Of a stretch of 64,000 nt of DNA, positions 27,201 through 41,800 are shown piece after piece. Numbering within the stretch: position 1 is the first letter of the stretch; each line of letters opens with the position of its first letter. The position numbers and the translations under genes were made by a program. Source of the DNA: Eledone cirrhosa (taxonomy: Eukaryota); contig OZ024745.1 in NCBI GenBank assembly GCA_964016885.1, forward strand, positions 109,554,001 through 109,618,000, written 5' to 3'. The notes under the pieces were generated by a model that worked only from the letters and a program-made list of their open reading frames with translations, made no database searches and was not told the origin of the DNA.

Positions 27201-28450
27201 CACCATCATATCACTGTCATCACCATCACCATCACTGTCACCACCACCATCACTGTCATCACCATCACCATCACTGTCATCACCATCATATCACTGTCAT
27301 CACCATCACCATCACCATCACTGTCATCATCACTACCACCATCACTGTCATCATCACCACCATCACTGTCATCACCACCACCATCACTGTCACCATCACC
27401 ATCACCATCACTGTCATCATCACCATCACCATCACCACCATCACCATCACTGTCATCACCACCACCATCACTGTCATCACCATCACCATCACTGTCATCA
27501 CCACCACCATCACTGTCATCACCACCACCACCATCACTGTCATCACCATCACCATCACTGTCTTCACCACCACCATCACTGTCACCACCATCACATCACT
27601 GTCATCACCATCACATCACTGTCATCACCATCACCATCACTGTCATCACCATCATATCACTGTCATCACCATCACCATCACTGTCACCACCACCATCACT
27701 GTCATCACCATCACCATCACTGTCATCACCATCATATCACTGTCATCACCATCACCATCACCATCACTGTCATCATCACTACCACCATCACTGTCATCAT
27801 CACCACCATCACTGTCATCACCACCACCATCACTGTCACCATCACCATCACCATCACTGTCATCATCACCATCACCATCACCACCATCACCATCACTGTC
27901 ATCACCACCACCATCACTGTCATCACCACCACCATCACTGTCATCACCACCACCATCACTGTCATCATCACCACCACCATCACTGTCATCACCATCATCA
28001 CCATCACCATCACTGTCATCACCATCCCCACCATCACTGTCATCACCATCATCACCATCACTGTCATCACCATCACCATCACTGTCATCACCATCATCAC
28101 TGTCACCATCACCATCACCATCACCACCACCATCACTGTCATCACCATCGCCATCACCATCACCATCACTGTCATCACCACCACCATCACTGTCATCACC
28201 ATCACCATCACTGTCATCACCACCACCATCACTGTCATCATCACCATCACCATCACCATCACTGTCACCACCACCATCACCATCACTGTCACCACCACCA
28301 TCACCATCACTGTCATCACCATCACCACCACCATCACCATCACCACCACCATCACTGTCACCACCACCATCACCATCACTGTCATCACCATCACCATCAC
28401 CACCATCATCACTGTCATCACCATCACCATCACTGTCATCATCACTGTCA
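24240..28450 (-). repeat. Variable-unit (about 17-21 bp) minisatellite CATCACTGTCATCACCAC..., related to the 1-3237 array in opposite orientation
   Basis: Every unit contains ACTGTCA (TGACAGT on the minus strand). Confidence 0.95.
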
Positions 28451-29725
28451 TCTTCATTGTCATAATTAAAACTACCCCCACCATCATCATCAGCATCACC
28501 ACCATCACCATCATTACCTGCCACCCCACCATCACCACCACCATCACCACCACCACCACCACCACCACCACCACCACCATCATCACAATCATCATCATCA
28601 TGATTACCTGCCACCCATCACCACCATCACCATCACCACCACCATCACCGCCACCATCACCACCACCACCCCCATCATCATCATCATCACAATCATCATC
28701 ATGATTACCTGCCACCCCATCACCAGCATCATCACCATCATCAGCATCGTTTTAATCATCCTCACCATTATCATTGTCACCATCACCATCACCTCCCCCA
28801 CTTCACCCTGCTCCTCCACATTGCTTTTGGCATCACTGAGATTATGATGATGATGATGATGATGATGATAATCATAGATGGTGTCATGTTTGTGTCCTCT
28901 GTGTCATAAAGCCCCCCCCCCCATTCGTGTCTACTGTCACCCCCCCCCCCCCCCACGCCACCACCACCACCACCACCACCATCTTTCTAAGGGTTGGTTG
29001 AAGAAAGACTTCACTGCAAGAAGCAATGATGGCATTTAGAACCCTTAAATAGCTAATACTCTAAGGGCAAAATGAGTGATTTGGTGGTGGTGGCAGTGGT
29101 GGTGGTGGTTGTGGTTGTGGTGGTGGTGTTAGGGGTGGTGGTGGCGGTGGCGGTGGTGGTGGTGGTGTTGGGGTGGGGGTGGTTGTGATGGAGGTGTTGG
29201 TGGTTGTGGTGGTGGTGGTCGTGATGGTGGTGGTGGTGGTTGTGGTGGTGGTCGTGGTCGTTGTGGTGGTGGTGGGAGTGATGGTGGTGGTGGTGGTAGT
29301 TGTGGTGGTGGTGATGTTTATGGTGGTGGTGGTTGTGGTGGTGGTGGAGGTGGTGGTGGTGATGGTGGTGGAGGTGGTGGTGGTTTGTGGTGTGGGGTTG
29401 GGGTGGGGGTGGAGGAGCTGGTGGTAGTGGCCGTGGTGGTGATGGTGTTGGTGGTGGTGGTGGTGGTGGCGGTAGTTGTGGTGGTGACGGTGGGGGTGGT
29501 CATGGTGGTGATGGTTGAGGTGGTGTTGCTGCTGCTGATGATGATGCTGATGGTGGTGGTGGTGGTGGAGTTTATGATGATGATGATGATGGTGATAGTG
29601 ACACAGTTTGGGCATTAGTTACAAAACAAATCACATTTATATCAAAACCTTCCATCATCATTTTTTTATATAAGAACTTTTTGTCAAGTAACACCAAACA
29701 TCATCTTACTAATGAAAAGAAATTA

Positions 29726-31155
29726 CAATATTTCCTGGCACTGAAGACGCTTCGTCCTCGAGGACGCACCCTAATTTTGAAAACCTAAAATTTGAAAAAG
29801 GTAATAAACAACCTTTGGCCAGCAGGACGCACCCTAATTTTGAAAACCTAAAATTTGAAAAAGGTAATAAACAACCTTTGGCCAGCAGGACGCACCCTAA
29901 TTTTGAAAACCTAAAATTTGAAAAAGGTAATAAACAACCTTTGGCCTGCAGGACGCACCCTAATTTTGAAAACCTAAAATTTGAAAAAGGTAATAAACAA
30001 CCTTTGGCCAGCAGGACGCACCCTAATTTTGACAACCTAAAATTTGAAAAAGGTAATAAACAACCTTTGGCCAGCAGGACGCACCCTAATTTTGACAACC
30101 TAAAATTTGAAAAAGGTAATAAACAAACTTTGGCCAGCAGGACGCACCCTAATTTTGACAACCTAAAATTTGAAAAAGGTAATAAACAACCTTCGGCCTG
30201 CAGGACGCACCCTAATTTTGACAACCTAAAATTTGAAAAAGGTAATAAACAACCTTTGGCCAGCAGGACGCACCCTAATTTTGACAACCTAAAATTTGAA
30301 AAAGGTAATAAACAACCTTTGGCCAGCAGGACGCACCCTAATTTTGACAACCTAAAATTTGAAAAAGGTAATAAACAAACTTTGGCCAGCAGGACGCACC
30401 CTAATTTTGACAACCTAAAATTTGAAAAAGGTAATAAACAACCTTTGGCCTGCAGGACGCACCCTAATTTTGAAAACCTAAAATTTGAAAAAGGTAATAA
30501 ACAACTTTCGGCCTCCAGGACGCACCCTAATTTTGACACCTAAAATTTGAAAAAGGTAATAAACAACCTTCGGCCTGCAGGACGCACCCTAATTTTGACA
30601 ACCTAAAATTTGAAAAAGGTAATAAACAACCTTCGGCCTGCAGGACGCACCCTAATTTTGAAAACCTAAAATTTGAAAAAGGTAATAAACAACTTTCGGC
30701 CTCCAGGACGCACCCTAATTTTGACAACCTAAAATTTGAAAAAGGTAATAAACAACCTTTGGCCTGCAGAACGCACCCTAATTTTGACCACCTAAAATTT
30801 GAAAAAGGTAATAAACAACCATTGGGCTGCAGGACGCACCCTAATTTTGACAACCTAAGATTTGAAAAAGGTAATAAACAACTTTCGGCCTCCAGGACGC
30901 ACCCTAATTTTGACAACCTAAAATTTGAAAAAGGTAATAAACAACCTTTGGCCTCCAGGACGCACCCTAATTTTGACCACCTAAAATTTGAAAAAGGTAA
31001 TAAACAACCTTTGGCCTCCAGGACGCACCCTAATTTTGACAATCTAAAATTTGAAAAAGGTAATAAACAACCTTTGGCCTGCAGGACGCAGGGTAGATTT
31101 TTTGAGACTTATTTTAGGAAAAAAAAAGTTGCGTCTTTGTCTCTGTGAAATACGG
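29726..31155. mobile_element. pogo/Tigger-like non-autonomous DNA element with an internal 63-bp tandem array
   Basis: Degenerate TIRs CAATATTTC...AAGACGC / GCGTCTT...GAAATACGG; subterminal GGACGCACC motif amplified in the array. Confidence 0.6.
29761..31090 (+). repeat. 63-bp minisatellite (~21 copies)
   Basis: AGGACGCACC at 29761, 29824, ...; one unit near 30538 has a 1-bp deletion. Confidence 0.95.
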
Positions 31156-32847
31156 CAGATATTTTGTTAAATTCCTCCAAATTCTTGACTATTTTCAAAA
31201 TGACTAGAAATAAATAAACACATATTTCATTAGAAATATGGTAACAAAAGGGTTAATGGTGGATGATGTGATGTTTGGTGACAGTGACAATGATGGCGGT
31301 GAGAGAGTGGGTGTCAGTATTGGCTATGATGGTAGTGGTGGTGGTGGTGGTGGTGGTGGTGGCAGTGACAGGTGATGGAAATGGCAGTGGTATAGTATGG
31401 TTGTGGCACGGTGGGGGTTGAAAAACAGTGCATGGTTCATGTGGGGCTATAAAGGGGTGGAGGAATGGTATTCTTTGACAGAGTGGATGTCAGAATTGGT
31501 TATGGTGATAATGATGATGGTGGTGGTGGTGTTGGTGGTGGTAGTGTTGGTGGTAATGGTGTTGGTAGTGTTGGTGGTGGTGGTGTTGGTAGTGTTGGTA
31601 GTGTTGGTAGTGTTGGTAGTGTTGGTGGTGGTAGCAGTGATTGGGGTGGGGTTATAGTGTGGTGGTTGTGTTGGTGGTGGTGCTGGTGGTGGTTTTGGTG
31701 GTGGTGTTGGTGGTGGTAGCAGTGATTGGAGTGAGATTATATTGTGGCGGCGGCGGTGGTGGTGTTGGTGGTGGTGTTGGTGGTGGTGTTGGAGGTGGTT
31801 TTGGTGGTGGTGTTGGTGGTGGTAGCAGTGATTGGAGTGAGATTATATTGTGGCGGCGGTGGTGGTGGTGTTGGTGGTGGTAGCAGTGATGGGAGTGAGA
31901 TTATATTGTGGCGGCGGTGGTCGTGGTGGTGGTGGTGGTGTTGGTGGTAGTGTTGGTAGTGATGGTGTTGGTAGTGTTGGTGGTGGTGGTGGTGGTGGTG
32001 GGGTTGGTGGTGGCAGTGACGAAGGTGGGGTTATAGTGTGGTTGTGGTGGTGGTGGTGGTGATGCTGGTGGTGTTGTGTTGGCAGTGGTGGTGATAGTGT
32101 TTGTGGTTGTGGTGATGGTGGTGGCGGTGGTGGTGGTCACATGGCCGATGGAGGAAGAACTATTGCAGTGCATGACATGGGAGAGAGGAAGGAGAGGGGG
32201 TGATATAGAAGAGTGGGGGGGAGTGGCATTCCTCACATAGAACCCCCCACACACACACACACACTTGTTATACAAACTAACAACAGTTGGGAGAGAGAGA
32301 GAAACAAACTGTTGGTGTAGCTCTGGTTGTGAAGGTGATGGGTGGGGGAAAATTCGACAAGGGGAGTAGGATGAGGAATAGGAGGGGGAGCGGGGGGAGA
32401 GGGTGGGTGGGTAACAAACAAAAACAAAAAAGATCCATGTAGAATAATGTAAAAGACTATTAGGTATGGTGGTAGGTAGTAGGTGGTTAATGTCTTTGAG
32501 GGAACTTGGTATAATATGACTGAAGAGTGATGGCCTTGCTTTGACACTGGCCTGTACAGGGATGATGGGTTGTGAGTAGGGGTTGGTGTGGGGGGGATAT
32601 GTATATGTGCGTGTGTGTGTTTGTGTGTTTGTGTGTTTGTGTGTGTGTGTTTGTGTTTGTGTGTGTGTCTGTGTGTGTCTGTGTGTGTTTGTGTGTGTTT
32701 GTTTGTGTGTTTGTGTGTGTGTGTTTGTGTGTCTGTGTGTGTTTGTGTGTGTGTGTTTGTGTGTGTGTATATGTCTGTTTGTGTGCGTTTGTGTGTTTGT
32801 CTGTGTGTGTTTGTGTGTGTTTGTGTGTTTGTGTGCGTTTGTGTGTT

Positions 32848-32889
<42 letters not shown>

Positions 32890-33601
32890 TGTATGTGTGT
32901 GTGCTTCTGTGTGTATAGATGTGTGTGGTTTGGAAGTGTCCCCTTTAAAAGGAGGGAAGGGAAGGGGAGGAAAGGAAGAGGGGCAAAGAAAATAGAAAAG
33001 AAACAAAAATATCAAAATAAAAGTAGTTTTTTTTTGTGAATGGAAAGTAAAAGAGAATATGGGTCATATATGAGAAACCACCACCATCACTGCCACCACC
33101 ACCACCACCACCATCACCACCACCACCACCACCACCACCATCACCACCACCACCATCACCAACACCAACACCACCACCACCTCCACCACCACCACCATCA
33201 CCACCACCACCACCACCTCCACCACCATCACCACCACCACCACCACCACCATCACCACCATCACCATCAACATCCCCATCACCTCCACCACCACATCCCC
33301 CACTACCACCTCCTCCACCACTATTACTACAACCACTACTACTATCACCAACACCACTACTTTTACTACAACCACCACAAACATCAGTAACACTATCACT
33401 ATTACTACCACCACCACCACCACCACCACCACCACCACCACCAACAACAACAACAGCAACAGCAGCATCCTCACTACCGCCTCCTCCAACACTATTACTA
33501 CAACCACTACTACTATCACCAACACCACCATTTTTACTACAACCACCACCACCATTACCAATACTACCACTATTACTAGCACCACAACCACCACAATCAT
33601 G

Positions 33602-34010
33602 ACCACCAATACTTCTATCCCAATGACCACTACCATTACCACTACCACTACTACAACCACAACCACAACCATCGCCACAACCACCACCACCACCACCACC
33701 ACCACCATCACCACCAATACTTCTATCCCAATGACCACTACCATTACCACTACCACTACTACAACCACAACCACAACCATCGCCACAACCACCACCACCA
33801 CCACCACCACCACCATCACCACCAATACTTCTATCCCAATGACCACTACCATTACCACTACCACTACTACAACCACAACCACAACCATCGCCACAACCAC
33901 CACCACCACCACCACCACCACCATCACCACCAATACTTCTATCCCAATGACCACTACCATTACCACTACCACTACTACAACCACAACCACAACCATCGCC
34001 ACAACCATCA
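33602..34010 (+). repeat. 108-bp higher-order repeat (~4 copies) within (CAC)n-like DNA
   Basis: TTCTATCCC at 33613, 33721, 33829 and 33937. Confidence 0.9.
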
Positions 34011-34209
34011 CACCCACCATCATTACCATAACCACCAAATTGAATAACTACAAAACAAAATCCCCCTCCCCATTCTCCCTTATTACTACCTACCCATACA
34101 TGTACAGATCATAGAACCATGTTCACCCCTCTCCCATACCTTCCTACCACCCATGCCAAGGAGATGTCTTGGAGAGGCTGCCCAACCAAAAGCAAAGATG
34201 AAGAAGATA

Positions 34210-35265
34210 TACATAATATACACACATTTATACATACATACATACATACATATATACATATATACATATATACATATATACACACATTCATACATATATA
34301 TATACACACATTCATACATACATACATATATATACACACATTCATACATACATATTTACACACATTCATACATACATACATATACATATACACACATTCA
34401 TACATACATATATACATACATATATACACACATTCATACATACATACATATATACACACATTCATACATACATATATACACACATTTATGCATACATACA
34501 TACATATATACACACATTCATACATACATTCATATATACACACATTCATACATACGTACATATATACACACATTCATACATACATACATATACACATTCG
34601 TACATACACACATTCGTACATACACACATTCGTACATACATATATACATACATATATACACACATTCATACATACATACATACATATATACACACATTCA
34701 TACGTACATTCATATATACACACATTCATACATACATACATACATATATACACACATTCATACATACATATATACACACATTTATACATACATACATATA
34801 TATATATACAAACATTCATACATACATACATACATACATATATACATACATACATACATACATATATACACACATTTATACATACATACATATATATATA
34901 TACAAACATTCATACATACATACATATATACACACATTCATACATACATATACACATTCGTACATACACACATTCGTACATACATATATACATACATATA
35001 TACACACATTCATACAAACATATATACACACATTCATACATACATATATACACACATTCATACATACATATATACACACATTCATACATACATACATATA
35101 TACACACATTCATACATACATTCATATATACACACATTCATACATACATACATATATACACACATTCATACATACATATATACACACATTCATACATACA
35201 TATATACACACATTTATACATACATACATATATATATATACAAACATTCATACATACATACCTAT

Positions 35266-35296
<31 letters not shown>

Positions 35297-35481
35297 CACA
35301 CATTTATACATACATACATATATATATACAAACATTCATACATACATACATATATACACACATTCATACATACATACATACATATATACACACATTCATA
35401 CATACATACATATATACATTCGTACATACACACATTCGTACATACATATATACATACATATATACACACATTCATACATAC
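34210..35481 (+). repeat. (CATA)n / CACACATT compound microsatellite
   Basis: Direct. Confidence 0.92.
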
Positions 35482-35569
35482 AGGCCATTGTAAAGAAAAA
35501 GTGAACAAGTTTTCAATGAAGTGATTTAGATATAAATAGTGAGAGAAACAGAGTAAAAGACTGAGAAAG

Positions 35570-35601
<32 letters not shown>

Positions 35602-36229
35602 GCAAGTGGGTGAGGAATGAGAGATAAGGAGAGACAGTGAGAGATAAAGAGGGGAAGGGAGAGATAGAGAAGAGAGGAGATAGTGGAAGAGATAGAGAGG
35701 GGGAAGAGAGAGAGAGAGAGAGAGGGAGGAAGAGACGAAGAAAGGGAGGAAGAGAGGAGATAGAGAGGAGAGGAGATAGTGGAAGAGAGAGAGAGTGGGG
35801 AAGAGAGAGAGAGTGGGGAAGAGAGAGAGGGGAAGAGAGAGGAAGAGACGAAGGAAGAAAAAGAGAGAGAGAGAGGGGAAGAGAGAGGAAGAGACGAAGG
35901 AAGAAAAAGAGAGAGAGAGAGAGGGGAAGAGAGAGGAAGAGACGAAGGAAGAAAGAGAGAGAGAGAGAGGGGAAGAGAGAGGAAGAGACGAAGGAAGAAA
36001 GAGAGAGAGTGAGAGGGGAAGAGAGATAAGATCAAGAAAGTAGCTTCAGGAGAGTTCATTTATTGATTCTGTCATTTTCTCTTTCCTCTCTCCTTCTTAA
36101 TTTTATTTTTCTCTTCTCTTTTATCACTGTTTTCATTATCAACATCATCATCATCATCGTCAATGACATCACTATTACCACCATTGTCATCATCATCATT
36201 GTCATATTCATCTCCATTGACCTCACTGC

Positions 36230-36271
<42 letters not shown>

Positions 36272-37929
36272 ATTTTCTTCATTAATTTCTTCCTCTCCAG
36301 CTTCACAATTTTCACCTCCCCCTCTTCTCCTTTCCGTCATTCCTAATCCTTCATCTTTTCCTCTCATTAGACTCTTTCATTCATTACACTCTTTCATCAT
36401 ATATTTCTGTCATTTCATCTTCTTTATCACATTCTTCACTACTACATTTTCTTTCTCATTCATTCATTCATTCATTCTTTCATTCTTTCATTCTTTCATT
36501 CTTTCATTCATTCATTCTTTCATTCTTTCATTCTTTCATTCTTTCATTCATTCATTCTTTCATTCTTTCATTCATTCATTCATTCTTTCATTCTTTCATT
36601 CTTTCATTCATTCATTCATTCATTCTTTCATTCATTCTTTCATTCTTTCATTCATCTTGTTTTTATTCCTCATCTTCCTTCATTAGCTTCTTTTGTTTAT
36701 TCTCAACTTTTTTATATTGTCTGTATTTCTCTCTCTCTATATTCCCCACTCTATTTACCACCACTTCACTTTCTTTCTTTCTTCTCCTCTCTTCACCCCT
36801 TCCTCTCCCCTCCCCCCTGTATTTCTCTCTCTCTGTCTTCCCCACTCTATTTACCACCTCTTCACTCTCTTTCTTTCTTTCTTCTCTTCTCTTCACCCTC
36901 TCCTCTCCCCTCCCCCCTGTATTTGTCTCTCTCTGTCTTCCCCACTCTATTTACCACCTCTTCACTCTCTTTTTTTCTTTCTTCTCCTCTCTTCACCCTC
37001 TCCTCTCCCCTCCCCCTGTATTTGTCTCTCTCTGTCTTCCCCACTCTATTTACCACCTCTTCACTATCTTTCTTTTTCTCCTCTCTTCACCCTCTCCTCT
37101 CCCCTCCTCCCGCCACTCTCCACACACAAACACATCCATTGACAATAACAGTGACAATAACTCCCTGCTTTCCATACAAACAGATTTCTCCATATTCTCT
37201 CTAACCCACAAACTTACCCACCCTCCACACCCACTGATATTGCTCTTGACTCTTTACCCTTAACCTTACCACCACCACCACTAACTACCACCACCACTGC
37301 CACCACTACCACTGCCACCACCACCACTGTCACCACCACCACTGCCACCACCACCACCGCCACCACCACCACAACCACCACCACCACCACTGCCACCACT
37401 GCTGCCACAACCACCACCACCACCACCACCACCACCACCACCACTACCATTGCCACCACCACAAACCCCCACCCCACTACCACTGCCACCACTAACACCA
37501 CCACCACCACAGCCACCACCACTACCATCACCACCACCACCACCGCCGTCATCACCACCACAACCACAACCACCACCACCACTGCCACCACCACTACCCC
37601 CCCCCCATCACCACCACCACTACCCCCCCCCCCACTACCACTGCCACCACTAACAGGAAGATTCAGAATGATACAAGTATGACAAAGCTGGCCCTTATGA
37701 ATTACTGGTACAAATCATTTTTGAAAACTGACTGGAGCAACATGAAATAAAGTATCTATCTTAACCTTTTCATGACCTCATTTCTAATTAAATGAGGTCA
37801 TGAAATTAATTAATGAAGAATTTTAAGGGATTTACAAAAAATTATTAATTATTTCATTAATAAAATAGTAACTTCACGTAAGGCTCTCATATGAAATTAT
37901 GTTGGAAGATTTTAATTTAAATTGGAAAG

Positions 37930-38175
37930 GAACTGGTAAGAGACCCAGGAGTAGACCCTGAGCAAGATGGTTGGATAACATCTATGAGCTTGGCTGGTCA
38001 CGCTTGGTGATCCAGCCAGCAGATCAGTTGGAGACGGTTGCTTCTGACAGGACCCACTGGAAGGAGTGTTTGAGGACTCTGCCGTCCCATGACCCTCTTA
38101 GGAATAAGTAGGTGAAGAAGAAGAAGAAGAAGAAGAAGAAGAAGAAGAAGAAGAAGAAGAAGAAGAAGAAGAAGA
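37930..38175 (+). mobile_element. RTE-like LINE 3' end with (GAA)n tail
   Basis: Homologous to 50070-50280 (GATCAGTTGGAGACGGTTGCTTCT.ACAGGACCCACTGG). Confidence 0.75.
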
Positions 38176-38820
38176 GCCTTAAAAAAGGATGGTTTTATTA
38201 CATAGAACCAGAACCAGTTTGGGCCTGGCTGGTAACTAAAGGATTAAGAACACAACACACCTCCAGAATAAAACTTGGAAGGTTGTGAGCTGAACTCTTT
38301 AAACACTAAGCCAAGTGCTATCTCAATTACAATATAGTCCAAGATATACACAAATATAGGATGGTCGTAGCTGGAGTGCCTCTGATACTAGATCTTCTCA
38401 ACAAAGACTGATCTGGGGCTGAAGGACAACAATTCCCATCACCACTAAATAACTACACCACTACCAACAAGCTCAATGTGGTTGCTCAACCTGCTAGAAG
38501 TAGCTGCCAAATTTCATTCCACCATCTAAGAAAAAAAAGGTAATGTAATCTGTAGCCCAATCATCATGTTGTCAAAACTGATGAGAGAAGAGCTCAGCTC
38601 AATTCTGGTTAACTTTGGATTACACAGCAACAGTTCAGTATTGCAGTTGATTCTTCTTCTATATCTCTTTCTCACTTCTCTCTCACTCACTCTCTCTCTC
38701 ACACTCATTCTCTTTTTTCACTCATTCTCTTTCGACTTCACTCTCCCTCATTCTCTCTCTGTCCTTCTCTCGAAGGAAGTAATCATCTTATGTTCTAACC
38801 TAGAGAAAGATGGTCTCAAC

Positions 38821-41800
38821 CATGTTAACATGTTAAGATGGTGCCATGTTAAGATGGTGCCATGTTAAGATGGCGCTATGTTAAGATAGTGCCATGTTGA
38901 GATGGTGCCATGTTAAGATGGAGCCATGTTAAGATAGTGCTATGTTAAGATGGTGCCATGTTAAGATGGTGCCATGTTAAGATGGTGCCATGTTAAGATG
39001 GTGCCATGTTAAGATAGTGCTATGTTAAGATGGTGCCATGTTAAGATGGTGCCATGTTAAGATGGTGCCATGTTAAGATGGTGCCATGTTAAGATGGTGC
39101 CATGTTAAGATGGTGCCATGTTAAGATAGTGCTATGTTAAGATGGTGCCATGTTAAGATGGTGCCATGTTAAGATGGTGCCATGTTAAGATGGTGCCATG
39201 TTAAGATGGTGCCATGTTAAGATGGTGCCATGTTAAGATAGTGCTATGTTAAGATGGTGCCATGTTAAGATGGTGCCATGTTAAGATGGTGCCATGTTAA
39301 GATGGTGCCATGTTAAGATGGTGCCATGTTAAGATGGTGCCATGTTAAGATAGTGCTATGTTAAGATGGTGCCATGTTAAGATGGTGCCATGTTAAGATA
39401 GTGCTATGTTAAGATAGTGCCATGTTAAGATGGTGCTATGTTAAGATGGTGCTATGTTAAGATGGTGCCATGTTAAGATGGTGCCATGTTAAGATGGTGC
39501 CATGTTAAGATGGTGCCATGTTAAGATGGTGCCATGTTAAGATAGTGCTATGTTAAGATGGTGCCATGTTAAGATGGTGCTATGTTAAGATAGTGGCATC
39601 TTAAGATAGTGCCATGTTAAGATAGTGCCATGTTAAGATGGTGCTATGTTAAGATAGTGCTATGTTAAGATGGTGCCATGTTAAGATAGTGGCATGTTAA
39701 GATGGTGCCATGTTAAGATAGTGGCATCTTAAGATAGTGCCATGTTAAGATGGTGCCATGTTAAGATAGTGCCATGTTAAGATGGTGCCATGTTAAGATA
39801 GTGGCATGTTAAGATGGTGCCATGTTAAGATAGTGCCATGTTAAGATGGTGCCATGTTAAGATGGTGCCATGTTAAGATGGTGCCATGTTAAGATGGTGC
39901 CATGTTAAGATGGTGCCATGTTAAGATGGTGCCATGTTAAGATGGTGCTATGTTAAGATGGTGCCATGTTAAGATAGTGCCATGTTAAGATGGTGCCATG
40001 TTAAGATAGTGCCATGTTAAGATAGTGCTATGTTAAGATAGTGCTATGTTAAGATAGTGCTATGTTAAGATGGTGCCATGTTAAGATGGTGCCATGTTAA
40101 GATGGTGCCATGTTAAGATGGTGCCATGTTAAGATGGTGCCATGTTAAGATAGTGCTATGTTAAGATAGTGCTATGTTAAGATAGTGCTATGTTAAGATG
40201 GTGCTATGTTAAGATGGTGCCATGTTAAGATAGTGCTATGTTAAGATAGTGCCATGTTAAGATGGTGCTATGTTAAGATGGTGCTATGTTAAGATAGTGG
40301 CATGTTAAGATGGTGCCATGTTAAGATAGTGGCATGTTAAGATGGTGCCATGTTAAGATGGTGCTATGTTAAGATGGTGCCATGTTAAGATGGTGCTATG
40401 TTAAGATGGTGCCATGTTAAGATGGTGCCATGTTAAGATGGTGCCATGTTAAGATAGTGCCATGTTAAGATGGTGCCATGTTAAGATAGTGCTATGTTAA
40501 GATAGTGCCATGTTAAGATAGTGGCATGTTAAGATGGTGCTATGTTAAGATAGTGCTATGTTAAGATGGTGCCATGTTAAGATGGTGCCATGTTAAGATG
40601 GTGCCATGTTAAGATGGTGCCATGTTAAGATGGTGCCATGTTAAGATGGTGCCATGTTAAGATGGTGCCATGTTAAGATGGTGCCATGTTAAGATGGTGC
40701 TATGTTAAGATAGTGCTATGTTAAGATAGTGCCATGTTAAGATAGTGGCATGTTAAGATGGTGCCATGTTAAGATAGTGGCATGTTAAGATGGTGCCATG
40801 TTAAGATGGTGCCATGTTAAGATAGTGCTATGTTAAGATAGTGCTATGTTAAGATAGTGCCATGTTAAGATGGTGCTATGTTAAGATGGTGCCATGTTAA
40901 GATAGTGCTATGTTAAGATGGTGCCATGTTAAGATGGTGCCATGTTAAGATGGTGCCATGTTAAGATAGTGCTATGTTAAGATGGTGCTATGTTAAGATG
41001 GTGCCATGTTAAGATGGTGCCATGTTAAGATGGTGCTATGTTAAGATGGTGCCATGTTAAGATGGTGCCATGTTAAGATGGTGCTATGTTAAGATAGTGC
41101 CATGTTAAGATAGTGCCATGTTAAGATAGTGGCATGTTAAGATAGTGCCATGTTAAGATGGTGCCATGTTAAGATGGTGCCATGTTAAGATGGTGCCATG
41201 TTAAGATGGTGCCATGTTAAGATGGTGCCATGTTAAGATGGTGCTATGTTAAGATAGTGCCATGTTAAGATGGTGCCATGTTAAGATGGTGCCATGTTAA
41301 GATGGTGCCATGTTAAGATGGTGCCATGTTAAGATGGTGCCATGTTAAGATAGTGCCATGTTAAGATGGTGCCATGTTAAGATGGTGCCATGTTAAGATG
41401 GTGCCATGTTAAGATGGTGCTATGTTAAGATAGTGCCATGTTAAGATGGTGCCATGTTAAGATGGTGCCATGTTAAGATGGTGCCATGTTAAGATGGTGC
41501 CATGTTAAGATGGTGCCATGTTAAGATGGTGCTATGTTAAGATAGTGGCATGTTAAGATGGTGCCATGTTAAGATGGTGCCATGTTAAGATGGTGCTATG
41601 TTAAGATAGTGCTATGTTAAGATAGTGCCATGTTAAGATAGTGGCATGTTAAGATGGTGCTATGTTAAGATAGTGCTATGTTAAGATGGTGCTATGTTAA
41701 GATAGTGGCATGTTAAGATGGTGCCATGTTAAGATGGTGCCATGTTAAGATGGTGCCATGTTAAGATGGTGCCATGTTAAGATGGTGCCATGTTAAGATA

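Noticed and set aside
33599-34114. Mucin-like Thr-rich ORF
   Set aside because: Explained by a 108-bp repeat within CAC-type microsatellite; no signal peptide or exon boundaries evident
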